Shown here: one piece after another, positions 28,919-39,058 of the stretch
How the letters are laid out: each line of letters begins with the position of its first letter
Position numbering within the stretch: position 1 is the first letter of the stretch
Origin: an uncultured Chloroflexota bacterium
GTDB taxonomy: Bacteria; Chloroflexota; Dehalococcoidia; Lucifugimonadales; CAJXCD01
Reading direction: 5' to 3'
DNA: 64,000 nucleotides
Assembly (NCBI GenBank): GCA_913051545.1
Contig: CAJXCD010000006.1
Span: 3,680-67,679, forward strand
The notes under the pieces: generated by a model
Database searches by the model: none
What the model was told of the DNA's origin: nothing
What the model saw: only the letters and a program-made list of their open reading frames with translations
Made by a program: the position numbers and the translations under genes

Positions 28919-29629
28919 TCATAATTCTTGAGAAGGGTTTTGTGACGTTTGTAGTACGAAGCAACCAATACCATATAGGTCTCTAACGGGCTTACGAGAT
29001 AGAGCTGTTTCTTTATCAACCTTACCCCAAAGGTTGTGGTCGTCTTTGTTCCAATATTCTTCTTTCAATGTTTCCCACCCGGATAGTAATAATGGTAGTC
29101 TGTCTCGTCCGTAGACTCTATGTAGAGGTGGGAACACTGAATCTTGACCAATTGGGATGGTAAGAATCATTTTGCCAGTTGGTTTGATAAGTTTTAGCAG
29201 TAGTTTCATTACCTGGAAGTCACCTTCTTCATTTGAAGTATTAACACCGTAACGCCCTACTAAACCAACATGTTCAATCGAAGAACAGTTTATGATTAGG
29301 TCAAAGTTGTCCGGTGGTATGTTGTGGTCGAGGATGTCACCCTGTACAAATTCTATGTTGGAGTGTTTATAAAACCATTTTGGGGTTCTAAGATCGATGC
29401 CTGATATTTCATATCCACTCATGGCAGCGGATAGCCATAGATGACTATTCCCTGTTCCAAAATCTAGAGCTTTACCAGGGCCTGGTGGCATGTGCGCTGC
29501 GACCCAGGAATTTTCTATAGCTCTATCCCCAGCTAGAGTGACAGTAGGTACAGGTAATTTCCGTTCAATGTGCATTGCTAGGCCTGAAACCTTGAACAGA
29601 AATAGTCTGAAAAGTTTAACGATGAACAT
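28919..29629 (-). CDS. class I SAM-dependent methyltransferase
   Basis: 236 aa. Contains 'ALDFGTGNSHLWLSAAMSGYEISGIDL' and 'DLIINCSSIEHV'. Confidence 0.7.
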   Translation of the reverse strand: MFIVKLFRLFLFKVSGLAMHIERKLPVPTVTLAGDRAIENSWVAAHMPPGPGKALDFGTGNSHLWLSAAMSGYEISGIDLRTPKWFYKHSNIEFVQGDILDHNIPPDNFDLIINCSSIEHVGLVGRYGVNTSNEEGDFQVMKLLLKLIKPTGKMILTIPIGQDSVFPPLHRVYGRDRLPLLLSGWETLKEEYWNKDDHNLWGKVDKETALSRKPVRDLYGIGCFVLQTSQNPSQEL

Positions 29630-29699
29630 GGTTTACACTCAGTTTCTCTATTGAATTCCAGGGTCTAATTATTACACCATTTTACAATTGGATATGTAA

Positions 29700-31070
29700 T
29701 TAGGCGTTCCAAATTTTTGCTAGGTGCGATTTATGTTGTGTGGATTGTTTACCTATTCCTAATCCCACGTAAACAATCCGATCTTTATTCTCCAACTCAT
29801 TTCTAAGCATTCTCCAACAGTCAATTACGGCTACAGTTCTTTGGTTTTGATGTATGTCAACGGCTGATATAGAGCTAAACTTTGCGTCAGGATTGGCTAT
29901 AACAACGGTTTCTACCCCTGATAAACACTCATGAATAGATTCAGCACAATATATAGGATCCTTGAGAATCTCACGTACATTTTCCATGGACACAGGATCG
30001 AAAGCTTTTACTTTATATCCGATAGCAGAGAGCTTTTCGGCAAGGTACAGGCCAGGAGATTCATCTAGGACATTTGAATTTGGTTTATAAGATAGTCCCA
30101 GTACAGCTATAGATCCACGCACTTTTGTATGATCCTGTATAATTCCCAAAGTATTTTCCAGATGGTACTGATTGAATTGGTCCGTACTTTCAGATATCAA
30201 TGAGTTGCAATTGAACTTGTCTGCTATGTACCCTAGTGCGCGGTTGTCTCGTGGGAAGCATGGCCCTCCGTAACTAAGTCCGCCTTTCAGATAACGTCGT
30301 CCAATTCGGGAGTCTAGGCCTATAGCATCTGTGATAGTGTCAACATCGGTCCCAGGTAATTTCCCCGACATTTCTGCGAGCATATTTGCGAAAGTGATTT
30401 TGGTAGTGACGAAGCTGTTCAGTGCAATTTTTGCCATCTCAGCATTAATATAGTTCATCCTTTGGGTGGGTGGATCATTTTGTGCTACTGATTTAAGTAT
30501 GTCTTCAAGTAAGTTTCCTGCACGTTTATCAGACTCCCCGATCAGTAAGAAATCTGGATTCAGAAAATCTTGTATTACGGAGCCAAGAGCTATGAATTCT
30601 GGGTTGTAACAAATACCAAAATCTTTCCCGCATCTTTTCCCGGATTCTCGCTCCAAAATGGGCTGAACACCATATTGAGTGGATCCAGGTAGCACGGTAC
30701 TCGTGAGTACGATGAGATGGTACCGAGATTTTTTGGCTAGCGCCCTTCCTATGGTGTTTGATACATCAGAAACATATTTCAATGAGAAGCTTCCATCATC
30801 TTTAGATGGAGTGGGAACTACTATGAAGCTGATATCGGTTTCAGATATTGCTTTTTGGACGTCAGTTGTCGCCGAAAGTCTTTGTGAATTCGAAGATATC
30901 AGATCCGAAAGCCCTGGTTCTGAAACAGGGGCTGTACCGGAGTTGATAGACTCAACGGTTTTGTCAGAAATATCGACTCCGACAACATGCATATCTCTGC
31001 TGGCGAAGCAGGCTGCCATGGTGGCTCCTAACTTACCAAGACCAAAAACTGATATTTTTCTACTATGCAA
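29700..31070 (-). CDS. UDP-glucose/GDP-mannose dehydrogenase-family nucleotide-sugar dehydrogenase
   Basis: 456 aa. Contains 'ISVFGLGKLGATMA', 'YNPEFIALG' and 'GGPCFPRD'. Confidence 0.9.
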   Translation of the reverse strand: MHSRKISVFGLGKLGATMAACFASRDMHVVGVDISDKTVESINSGTAPVSEPGLSDLISSNSQRLSATTDVQKAISETDISFIVVPTPSKDDGSFSLKYVSDVSNTIGRALAKKSRYHLIVLTSTVLPGSTQYGVQPILERESGKRCGKDFGICYNPEFIALGSVIQDFLNPDFLLIGESDKRAGNLLEDILKSVAQNDPPTQRMNYINAEMAKIALNSFVTTKITFANMLAEMSGKLPGTDVDTITDAIGLDSRIGRRYLKGGLSYGGPCFPRDNRALGYIADKFNCNSLISESTDQFNQYHLENTLGIIQDHTKVRGSIAVLGLSYKPNSNVLDESPGLYLAEKLSAIGYKVKAFDPVSMENVREILKDPIYCAESIHECLSGVETVVIANPDAKFSSISAVDIHQNQRTVAVIDCWRMLRNELENKDRIVYVGLGIGKQSTQHKSHLAKIWNA

Positions 31071-31103
31071 AGAGGCTCCTTAATTTTGTGAAAGAAATAT
31101 GAA

Positions 31104-31937
31104 TTATCTTGATTGAGAAGTGATACACAGATGCCACCCCAATTTACGTTCTAGTAGTCTGAACAACACTGATGGTAATAGTTGGAAATACCACATTTTA
31201 TTATATCTATATTGTACATATTCACTGATACGGTATGGAAATATATGATTCACAAATATATTTTTTGTCTCGAATGTGTTTCCTAGTAGTTTCCGGAGAC
31301 TTTTTGGAGTATAAGTGTATGTTACCGGACATCCTGTTTGTGCCTCTGAATTCTTCGCGATTAGTTCAGTAATTTTCCAAAATCTACCTTTACTTTCAGT
31401 AAGTAGTATCCATATAACTTTCCACGAATAGCGGTTGTACATCATTAATTTGACAGTTGATCCGGATGTAACAAAATTCTCTTTGATTTCCCTGATAGCA
31501 TTTTCGGGATTAGGTGTATGATGCAATACACCGAAAGAATAGACTAGGTCGTATGGTTCCGGTTCAACATATTTTGAAAGGGATTCGACATCGGCTTTTA
31601 TAAATGTAATTTGATCAAATAAATTATATATCTTAGACCTTTCCGTAGCCAGCGCAAGAGATTTTGATGATAAATCAACTGCTGTTACTGTGGCACCCGC
31701 ACGTGCAAAATTAATAGTGTCTGTGCCTATACCACAACCTATTTCCAGTACTTTTTTCCCTTTCCACCGATTAAATTCGGCAAAGTCCGGTATGTGAGGT
31801 TCAACGAAATATTTTCTCTCCTCTACTTCGTCGAAATATTTCTTAGTACCAATAGCAGCTGTTGAATGACGAATGTTACAAGGTCTATCATCCCAGTATT
31901 TTTCCACCAACTCTATGGGTGTATTATTAAATGACAT
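31104..31937 (-). CDS. class I SAM-dependent methyltransferase
   Basis: 277 aa. Contains 'VLEIGCGIGTDTINFARAGATVTAVDLS' and 'YDLVYSFGVLHH'. Confidence 0.85.
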   Translation of the reverse strand: MSFNNTPIELVEKYWDDRPCNIRHSTAAIGTKKYFDEVEERKYFVEPHIPDFAEFNRWKGKKVLEIGCGIGTDTINFARAGATVTAVDLSSKSLALATERSKIYNLFDQITFIKADVESLSKYVEPEPYDLVYSFGVLHHTPNPENAIREIKENFVTSGSTVKLMMYNRYSWKVIWILLTESKGRFWKITELIAKNSEAQTGCPVTYTYTPKSLRKLLGNTFETKNIFVNHIFPYRISEYVQYRYNKMWYFQLLPSVLFRLLERKLGWHLCITSQSR

Positions 31938-32001
31938 CCAATCTCCCTGTTATTTCAGATAAGCGAGCTATTTAACACGCTATATATAATACAAATATAG
32001 C

Positions 32002-33519
32002 CTAGGTCAGTGAATTGGAAGTAGCCAAATCACTTATGTATTGAGCGATCCTGTCAGCACTATTACCATCAATATATGTACACTCTTGGATGGCAAAATC
32101 ACGACGTTGCTTGGAGTGTAGTTTAGGATTATCAACGTAAGTATTGATTCCTTTTATCATTTCATCATAGTTCATAGCCACAATACTGGTATTTGAATCG
32201 ACTATTCTTTCATGCGTTGGCCAGTCTAATGCGTCCATGATAGACATTAACCGACCTTCTTTCCACTCGCTAGGCGGATCAATCGCTACACTCACTATTG
32301 GTGTATCATTTAAGGCTGCTTCTAGTACCATAGTTGAAAACAGTGTTACAAAAACGTCACTATATTTAAGTAGGGACGATACGTTAATCATATCATTCTT
32401 CGTGGTTGCATTTGCTACAGCATCAGTACTGAAATCAGGAGTATTGATATGGACATCAGGTATTGATCGGGCAATATCCTTATATATTTCAACCTCTTTG
32501 AGAGTTTGCAAATCTGATTCAATGGAATCGTTCCGTGGCTTCTTGAAGTGCGAGGGATGGAGACGAATTAATAGCTGACTAGGGTGATTGAATTTATCTT
32601 GTGCAATTGCTTGGGCTAAAGCTTGTACTATTCCAACGTTTGAAGATATCCCTACAAATGTGCAACCGAAAGAAATTAGTTTTTTGGATGGATCAAGTCC
32701 ATTCTGGACTAGATATTCTTTGCAACTCATTGGTGGTTCGCTTTTTTTGTAGTGATCAAAATATGCTACGCCTCCAACATCGATAGATTTGGCAGATACG
32801 TCGCATCCGTCGACAAGTTCATTTTTCTGAATCTCAGACCAAGTTCTTATTCGGTCTGGCATTGCAAGTGGTAATCCCTGACTCGCGGTATGATCCCATC
32901 CAACAAGAATGGCAGTGGATGGCACTCCTCGTTTGCTGGCTTCTCTTATGATTACCTCCTCTCCAGGCCACCATCCAGGACTATTTGTAACTACTAAAGA
33001 AGGCCGATATTGAGTAAATGGATCGTATCCGAGCGATTTAATTGGTCTGGCAGAAGCAAATTTACGAAATATTTGACGTGATATTTGCGAACGTTGAAGG
33101 ATACTAGCTAATAGGTTCCAGATAGGTAAGAGAAATCTAAATTTCGTATGGTTCCATTGCCTATTTTGGTGAGTCTGTACATCACGAAACACCGATCGAT
33201 TCATTTTGTTACTTACGCCAGCCATGCGTAGGTACTGTACAGTTGATTCCATTATCGTTACTAAAGTTGAATATAGCCATCCCGATTTACTTGTATGTTG
33301 ACACATACTGAGATCACTCAACTGTACAGATGGCAAAGAAAGCTTCAGATCATTTTCAACTTTGTTACTGTTAGGGACCAATGCAACTACTTTGATTCCA
33401 GATTTTATGAGATTGGCAATTATTCCAGTATGAAAAAAATAGCGTAATCCCGTGCCAACAGATGTGACAATCAAAACAGTAATCGAATCTTCTTTGTTAT
33501 TCTTGTTTATGCTATTCAT
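32002..33519 (-). CDS. uncharacterised GT-B-like protein (paralogue B); candidate CMP-ulosonic-acid transferase
   Basis: 505 aa. 'GLDPSKKLI', 'SDVFVTLFSTMVLEAALNDTPIVSV' and 'IDGNSADRIAQYI' parallel the CDS at 15453-16706. Confidence 0.45.
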   Translation of the reverse strand: MNSINKNNKEDSITVLIVTSVGTGLRYFFHTGIIANLIKSGIKVVALVPNSNKVENDLKLSLPSVQLSDLSMCQHTSKSGWLYSTLVTIMESTVQYLRMAGVSNKMNRSVFRDVQTHQNRQWNHTKFRFLLPIWNLLASILQRSQISRQIFRKFASARPIKSLGYDPFTQYRPSLVVTNSPGWWPGEEVIIREASKRGVPSTAILVGWDHTASQGLPLAMPDRIRTWSEIQKNELVDGCDVSAKSIDVGGVAYFDHYKKSEPPMSCKEYLVQNGLDPSKKLISFGCTFVGISSNVGIVQALAQAIAQDKFNHPSQLLIRLHPSHFKKPRNDSIESDLQTLKEVEIYKDIARSIPDVHINTPDFSTDAVANATTKNDMINVSSLLKYSDVFVTLFSTMVLEAALNDTPIVSVAIDPPSEWKEGRLMSIMDALDWPTHERIVDSNTSIVAMNYDEMIKGINTYVDNPKLHSKQRRDFAIQECTYIDGNSADRIAQYISDLATSNSLT

Positions 33520-33531
33520 TACTTTAGAGAT

Positions 33532-34401
33532 TTAAGTTCGGCGTAGCTTTTTCATGACAGATCTTTCACTATCATATACCCGTTTTACCCCGTCACCCAT
33601 AGCGGATTCTATGACACGGATATCTCGTACGAGTCGGTGTAGTCCCTGAGGTTCTATCGATGCTGACTGGTCAGAACCCCACATCGCCCTATCCAGAGTA
33701 ATGTGACGTTCTACGAAGCACGCCCCTAGTACAACGGCTGCAATAGTAGTTTGTAGCCCCGTCTCGTGTCCTGAATATCCAATAGGGCAGTCAAATTTGT
33801 TTTGGAGAGACTTAATGGTATTAAGGTTGAGTTCTTCTGCCGGACACGGATAGGTGCTTGTACAGTGACATATGACCAAATTATCTTTGTCTAGTAGTGA
33901 TACAGCATGATCTATTTGGTCCATAGTTGACATACCTGTGGAAATTATAATTGTCCTTTTCGTTGAATGTAATTTTGTTAAGAGGCTGTCATCAGTTAAG
34001 CATGCTGATGCTATTTTGTACCCAATTGGTTCAAATTGCTCCATGAAGTCTACGGATTCTTCATCCCAACAAGAACTGAACCAAGAGATATTATTTTCCT
34101 TACAATATTTGTCTATTTCATGGTACTCTTGTTTTCCGAATTCCACCTTGTGCCTGTAGTCAATGTAGGACATGATTCCCCAAGGTGTTTCACGTGGAAT
34201 GTCGCGTTGTTCGGGGGGGACACAAAGTTCAGGGGTCCTTTTTTGAAATTTTACAGCATCACAATTAGCTGAAACGGCAATGTCAATCAATTGCTTCGCT
34301 ACGTTGATATCGCCATTGTGGTTTATGCCTATTTCAGCAACTATATAGGTAGGAATACCTTCCCCTATAATTTCTTTCCCCCAATTGACTTTGTTGCTCA
34401 C
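33532..34401 (-). CDS. NeuB-family synthase (module 2), short form without SAF-like C-terminus
   Basis: 289 aa. Contains 'PTYIVAEIGINHNGDINVAKQLIDIAVSANCDAVKFQKR'. It ends about 60 aa earlier than the other two NeuB homologues. Confidence 0.85.
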   Translation of the reverse strand: MSNKVNWGKEIIGEGIPTYIVAEIGINHNGDINVAKQLIDIAVSANCDAVKFQKRTPELCVPPEQRDIPRETPWGIMSYIDYRHKVEFGKQEYHEIDKYCKENNISWFSSCWDEESVDFMEQFEPIGYKIASACLTDDSLLTKLHSTKRTIIISTGMSTMDQIDHAVSLLDKDNLVICHCTSTYPCPAEELNLNTIKSLQNKFDCPIGYSGHETGLQTTIAAVVLGACFVERHITLDRAMWGSDQSASIEPQGLHRLVRDIRVIESAMGDGVKRVYDSERSVMKKLRRT

Positions 34402-35594
34402 TATGATTGGACCTCCAGTTTCCGAATCACTAATTCAGAAATTTCTCGCACAGCACCACGTCCGCCATCTTTTGATAGCACAATATTCGCTTGAGATATT
34501 ACATCGGGATGTGCGTCATTGACTGCGACGCCACATCCCACTTCACGCATACATTCCAGATCGTTAATGTCATTCCCTACGTATACTAAATCTTTTAGAC
34601 ATAGTTCGTTTTCATTTGCCCATATTTTTAGTGCATCCAGTTTGTTATCAACTCCAGTAAAGCAAGGGATACCAAGTTTTTCACACCTAGTTTTTACGAC
34701 ACTATTAACTTCTGACGATATCACTATGATTGGGAGTCCCGTGGATCTCAATTTTGATATACCCATACCATCGCTTCGATCACAAATGACAGATTCACAA
34801 CCATTTTCTGATACCAGAACTAGGTTGTTTGTCAAAACACCATCGAAGTCAAAGACTAGTCCAGATACATGGTTTGGGAGCACTTGTGTACTTATTCGCA
34901 CTTTTTGTTCAACTATACGTGTCTCAGCAAGAATAATGTCACTAGGTTCATCTATTTCAAGACAACGTTCAGTAGGCATGACGTACATGGCAGTTGTTCC
35001 TACGAATCGATTTTTGGACTTCTGGAATTCATGTACTTTCATTACATACACAGCACCTGTTTCAAGGAATTGAGGGCTTAGATCTTGTCGAAGCAGTCGT
35101 TTATCTTTAGAGTGATTAATCCCGACGGAATTTCCACTTCGATTTTTACTCCACAAGAAATAGTGGAATGGTGTTACGGATAATGCCGAATCAGCATTAT
35201 CGTTGATAAGAGCGTCTACAGTCCCATCGATGTCTTCTGCTAAGGTGAGGGGTGACGTGCACTGAAGGAAAATCAATATTTCCGGGACGTATCCTTCTGT
35301 TTTTTTCAAGTGATCTAGAGTATGCAAGAGAGCCGATTCTGAAGAATCTTTATCGCCACTGATCTCTGAGGGGCGTTTAACTATATCGGCGCCATATAGA
35401 TTTGCCACTTCTGCGATTGTGTCGTCGTCGGTGGAGACAACAATTCGAGGTGCACATTTCGCTTTTTTAGCAGCCTGGATACTGTAAGCAAGAATAGGTT
35501 TCCCATCTAACGGTACAATATTCTTGCCTGGTATACTTTTTGATCCTCCCCTCGCCGGGATTACACAAAGTATTTCCATTAGATTCGTGTCCAT
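34401..35594 (-). CDS. bifunctional NeuA-type cytidylyltransferase / KdsC-type HAD phosphatase
   Basis: 397 aa. The N-terminus has 'VIPARGGSKSIPGKNIVPLDGKPILAYSI'. The C-terminus has 'LVFDFDGVLTNN ... VYVGNDINDLECM ... GVAVNDAHP' (HAD motifs I and IV, KdsC-like). Confidence 0.85.
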   Translation of the reverse strand: MDTNLMEILCVIPARGGSKSIPGKNIVPLDGKPILAYSIQAAKKAKCAPRIVVSTDDDTIAEVANLYGADIVKRPSEISGDKDSSESALLHTLDHLKKTEGYVPEILIFLQCTSPLTLAEDIDGTVDALINDNADSALSVTPFHYFLWSKNRSGNSVGINHSKDKRLLRQDLSPQFLETGAVYVMKVHEFQKSKNRFVGTTAMYVMPTERCLEIDEPSDIILAETRIVEQKVRISTQVLPNHVSGLVFDFDGVLTNNLVLVSENGCESVICDRSDGMGISKLRSTGLPIIVISSEVNSVVKTRCEKLGIPCFTGVDNKLDALKIWANENELCLKDLVYVGNDINDLECMREVGCGVAVNDAHPDVISQANIVLSKDGGRGAVREISELVIRKLEVQS

Positions 35595-35707
35595 ATCCTC
35601 ATGCTAATTCTCCTCTACTACGCTTACTTATTATCCAACGCGTAGATAAATAATGAATTTTTCCCGACTTAGGTAACTCATCATACTTTCGCTGTCTTTT
35701 CGTTTCT

Positions 35708-37162
35708 TTATGTAACATTTGAAGGCGCTATAACGATTGACTCTGATTGGTATGGTGCTATAAGGTCCTTTTCCTTCACGGTTGACACTTCCACAGGATC
35801 CAACGCAGATGTTTCGTTTATTAGACTGGAAGAAATCAGTGGTTCAACTAGGTTTTCAACGTCCGATAAACTAAACTTCTTTTCTGTATATCGATCTGTA
35901 AATCCTATTGGCTTTACAGTTTTAAATTTTGAAAATGACAGTTGTGTAGGGAGATTCAAGCTTAACCGAAGATGTCTTGCAACTTTCGCGACATTTCTGC
36001 GAGTACCAATAAAATTTTCGTGTAGGCCATAAGCATGTTCTTTGCATAAAGACCTTTTAGGGGAAGTCTGGCTTTTACTTAACATCTCAATAATTTTATC
36101 TGAAACTCTTCGATGAGAATTCCCGTCAACTTTGTGGAACCACTTATCTATGACCGTTTTCTGTTTGTTTTTTACTTCTTGGGGGACATCGAACTCCCCA
36201 TTTATTATTGAGCGTAGAGTTTTCACTAAAATGTTCTCCGAATCACAAGGTACGCTCATAGCTTCAGCCGACTCTAATAATGGCCATGATTCAATCCACC
36301 TCGGGGACAGCGCAGGTACCCCACCTAGTGTTGCATCGATTGCGGTAGAGCAATTCCTTTGAATAACGGCTGAAGCGCGTAATATCCAGCCCGATATATC
36401 TCCATATTTTATTACGTGAAGATTGTCGTTTTGTATCATCCCGTCATATCCACGTATGTTTTCGAAGGGATGAGGGCGGTATACGAATGTGACTTCAGGA
36501 AAAGATGAGGCTAATGAGTTAGCAAGTTGAATTAGCTGTGACATTGTTGCCTTTTGGATGTTTTGACGCTCAATGTATTCATCCCGTTTAAATCCATAAG
36601 TTCTATCTGCTGCATTGATTATAGATTCCGGGGTCGAAAATTGCGGATTTGCTAGTCCAGCTTTACTGCTGATTAGAACCATCGGTTTTGGGTATTCGTT
36701 AGCGTAAAGTGAAAACTGTTTAGAAGCTCTATTCCAAGGATTTTTGTAAAGATCGAATCTTGGAGATCCTGTGACTGTTATTTGTTTCTTGCTATACCAG
36801 CATCGTTGCTCGGCGATTTCGGCTAGTTGGGGTCCCCAGGTAAAAAAACCTTTGACCTTATTACGAAGGTCTGTATCTTCAGGTAGTGTTAGTTCGTAGT
36901 GATCCCAGTTTGCCCAGATGCCTTCTGTGTCCATCACACCGATTTGTATGTTAGCCTCTACGAGTTGCTTAGCGAATTCTTGGATATTTTTACGCAGGTA
37001 GTTAAGTAATACGAAGTCTGGGGCGAGGTGCCAGACCTCACGCTCGCGCTTATTAAATGGGACTAGATAACAAGTGACTCCACTTTTGCAGAGTCTTAGG
37101 GCAAGTAGGACTGCACCAGGGAGATCTCTATATGGGTGATCTACTATTAGTGATACTCGCAT
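35708..37162 (-). CDS. uncharacterised GT-B-like 'surface carbohydrate biosynthesis' protein (paralogue C, more divergent)
   Basis: 484 aa. 'ASAVIQRNCSTAIDATLGGVPALSP' and 'VDGNSHRRVSDKI' echo paralogues A and B. There is a TAATG overlap with the LmbE-like gene. Confidence 0.4.
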   Translation of the reverse strand: MRVSLIVDHPYRDLPGAVLLALRLCKSGVTCYLVPFNKREREVWHLAPDFVLLNYLRKNIQEFAKQLVEANIQIGVMDTEGIWANWDHYELTLPEDTDLRNKVKGFFTWGPQLAEIAEQRCWYSKKQITVTGSPRFDLYKNPWNRASKQFSLYANEYPKPMVLISSKAGLANPQFSTPESIINAADRTYGFKRDEYIERQNIQKATMSQLIQLANSLASSFPEVTFVYRPHPFENIRGYDGMIQNDNLHVIKYGDISGWILRASAVIQRNCSTAIDATLGGVPALSPRWIESWPLLESAEAMSVPCDSENILVKTLRSIINGEFDVPQEVKNKQKTVIDKWFHKVDGNSHRRVSDKIIEMLSKSQTSPKRSLCKEHAYGLHENFIGTRRNVAKVARHLRLSLNLPTQLSFSKFKTVKPIGFTDRYTEKKFSLSDVENLVEPLISSSLINETSALDPVEVSTVKEKDLIAPYQSESIVIAPSNVT

Positions 37163-37878
37163 TAGATAATCTTGCCGCCACTGTTTTTCGATTCACCTGA
37201 CCCTTTGAGAATTCTGACCAATTCGAATACTTCAGCTGATCTGACACCACTCATTCCTCCCCAGTATTTACAAGATGAAAGTATCATCTCAATTGACCTA
37301 GGGTGAGGAAATTCACGGACTTCACTTGAATATTTTTTCATAGCGTTAATTTTCAAATCAAGTGTGGTTTCAATATCTACAAAAACGTTAGGATGGAATC
37401 CACTGTTGATTTGGCTAAACCCCCATTCAGATGAAGGGATTTGGAATGTATATAACTCTTTCACGGTTGCTTCCGGTACTGGTCTTGATAATACAAGAGT
37501 GACTTCACCAGTAATCCTATGGTCGAGATTCAGGTCAGTTTGGGAATGGGTGTATATGACAGAAGGTTGTACTTCATCAAATACAGGCTGCAGGGCCCGT
37601 ATGATGTCCAGTCTTGGAATTTTATCAAGCTGTTGATCTGGTAAACCCAAGAACATAGTATCTTGAATGTTCAGTAGAGAAGCGGCTTCCTGAGCCATAC
37701 GTCGTCGTTCTTTTGAAATCGTGAGTGAGGTCCCGCTTAAGTCAGCATTATTGGACGTCTCACCATCCGACAGAAATATTACCGTGACTTGATCTTGATC
37801 GTGTAAAAGCGCAAGAGTTCCTCCGCATCCTAGGACCTCATCATCTGGATGAGCTGCTATTACCAATATGTTTTTCAT
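37162..37878 (-). CDS. LmbE/PIG-L family N-deacetylase
   Basis: 238 aa. Contains 'VIAAHPDDEVLGCGGT'. Confidence 0.85.
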   Translation of the reverse strand: MKNILVIAAHPDDEVLGCGGTLALLHDQDQVTVIFLSDGETSNNADLSGTSLTISKERRRMAQEAASLLNIQDTMFLGLPDQQLDKIPRLDIIRALQPVFDEVQPSVIYTHSQTDLNLDHRITGEVTLVLSRPVPEATVKELYTFQIPSSEWGFSQINSGFHPNVFVDIETTLDLKINAMKKYSSEVREFPHPRSIEMILSSCKYWGGMSGVRSAEVFELVRILKGSGESKNSGGKII

Positions 37879-37920
37879 CTATGACCTCGTGGCGCTAACT
37901 AAATTAAAGTTATCAATTAT

Positions 37921-38955
37921 TCATAATGAGCTGAAGAGTGTATCTGCTATGCGATATATTCCTTTACCATCTACTAGCCTTATGCCTGCACGTGACATGG
38001 AACTTCTGGCCTCGTAATTGTCTGATAGGGACAGGATTGTCTGAATTATGCTAGTGGACGTCACTTCATTTATTGGTCCAAGATATCTAGCAGCTTCAGT
38101 TTGATCTGCAAATTGTTTAGCTAAAGAATCTTGGTGATCTACAATGCTGACTAGTAATGCAGGCGTTCCTGAGGCTGCCAGTTCCAATTTTACATACCCT
38201 CCTGCACCGACTGCCAAATCGGCAGATTTCATGAGTTGCCCGAGTTTATTAGTACCTTCTATGAAAGTTATTTGACTGTAGTTTTGGTATCTGGTGGTAT
38301 CAATTAACCCTGCTCTATCAAATCCCATTATAAAATTCGTTTTGAAATTCTGGTTTCCCAATCCGTCAATAAGATTATTTATCCACATTTCTGATTTGGT
38401 AGACAATGACCCGCCCATCACAACTAGAAGGTTATTAATTTTCGGTGCGATTTCACGTGGAATATCTAGATTTTTGAAAGAATCGTCTAATATGAAATAA
38501 TCTGGGCCAGTTAAGAATACTTGTCCGGGTTCTGGGTCGGGATATTTCGATAACACTTGAGGGCATATGACAATATCTGCTTCCGGGTATGAATACCCTA
38601 AATCAGAGAAGCATATCAGTTTTTTGCAAATTTGTTTGTACAGCTTCAGACAATTTGGTTCGATATTTAATAGGTCAACTATAATTATGTCTGGAGCTAT
38701 TTGATCCATCCATTTGATTTCATCTTCCAAGCTTGGGTTACTCGGTACTTTAGTATATTTCTGTCCCCATTGGATTAAGGTGTCCTCTACCTTACTATCT
38801 CCCTCTGCGACCACTGTCACAGATATTTCAGGAGAGGTTCGTTCAAGGTATGAAGTTAAACGCAAAGTTCGTATCAGATGACCCCATCCGTACTTTATGC
38901 TCGCCTTGGTGCGAACTGCGAATGATGGATTTGTCAGGTTCACGACCCCAGCCAA
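37921..38955 (-). CDS. PseG-like UDP-sugar hydrolase (GT28-C-like fold)
   Basis: 344 aa. The N-terminal 'FAVRTKASIKYGWGHLIRTLRLTSYL' resembles the PseG 'R.D.s..iG.GH..R' opening. The start is uncertain (TTG 38955 or GTG 38943). Confidence 0.55.
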   Translation of the reverse strand: MAGVVNLTNPSFAVRTKASIKYGWGHLIRTLRLTSYLERTSPEISVTVVAEGDSKVEDTLIQWGQKYTKVPSNPSLEDEIKWMDQIAPDIIIVDLLNIEPNCLKLYKQICKKLICFSDLGYSYPEADIVICPQVLSKYPDPEPGQVFLTGPDYFILDDSFKNLDIPREIAPKINNLLVVMGGSLSTKSEMWINNLIDGLGNQNFKTNFIMGFDRAGLIDTTRYQNYSQITFIEGTNKLGQLMKSADLAVGAGGYVKLELAASGTPALLVSIVDHQDSLAKQFADQTEAARYLGPINEVTSTSIIQTILSLSDNYEARSSMSRAGIRLVDGKGIYRIADTLFSSL

Positions 38956-39058
38956 CTCGAATCAATATTTTTCTTGAACCCCAAAAAAATCATTTAAATT
39001 CGTGGTGCAAAATAGTTATTTTTGGCATAATAAGAGCTATAGGCAACTTCAGGATAAG

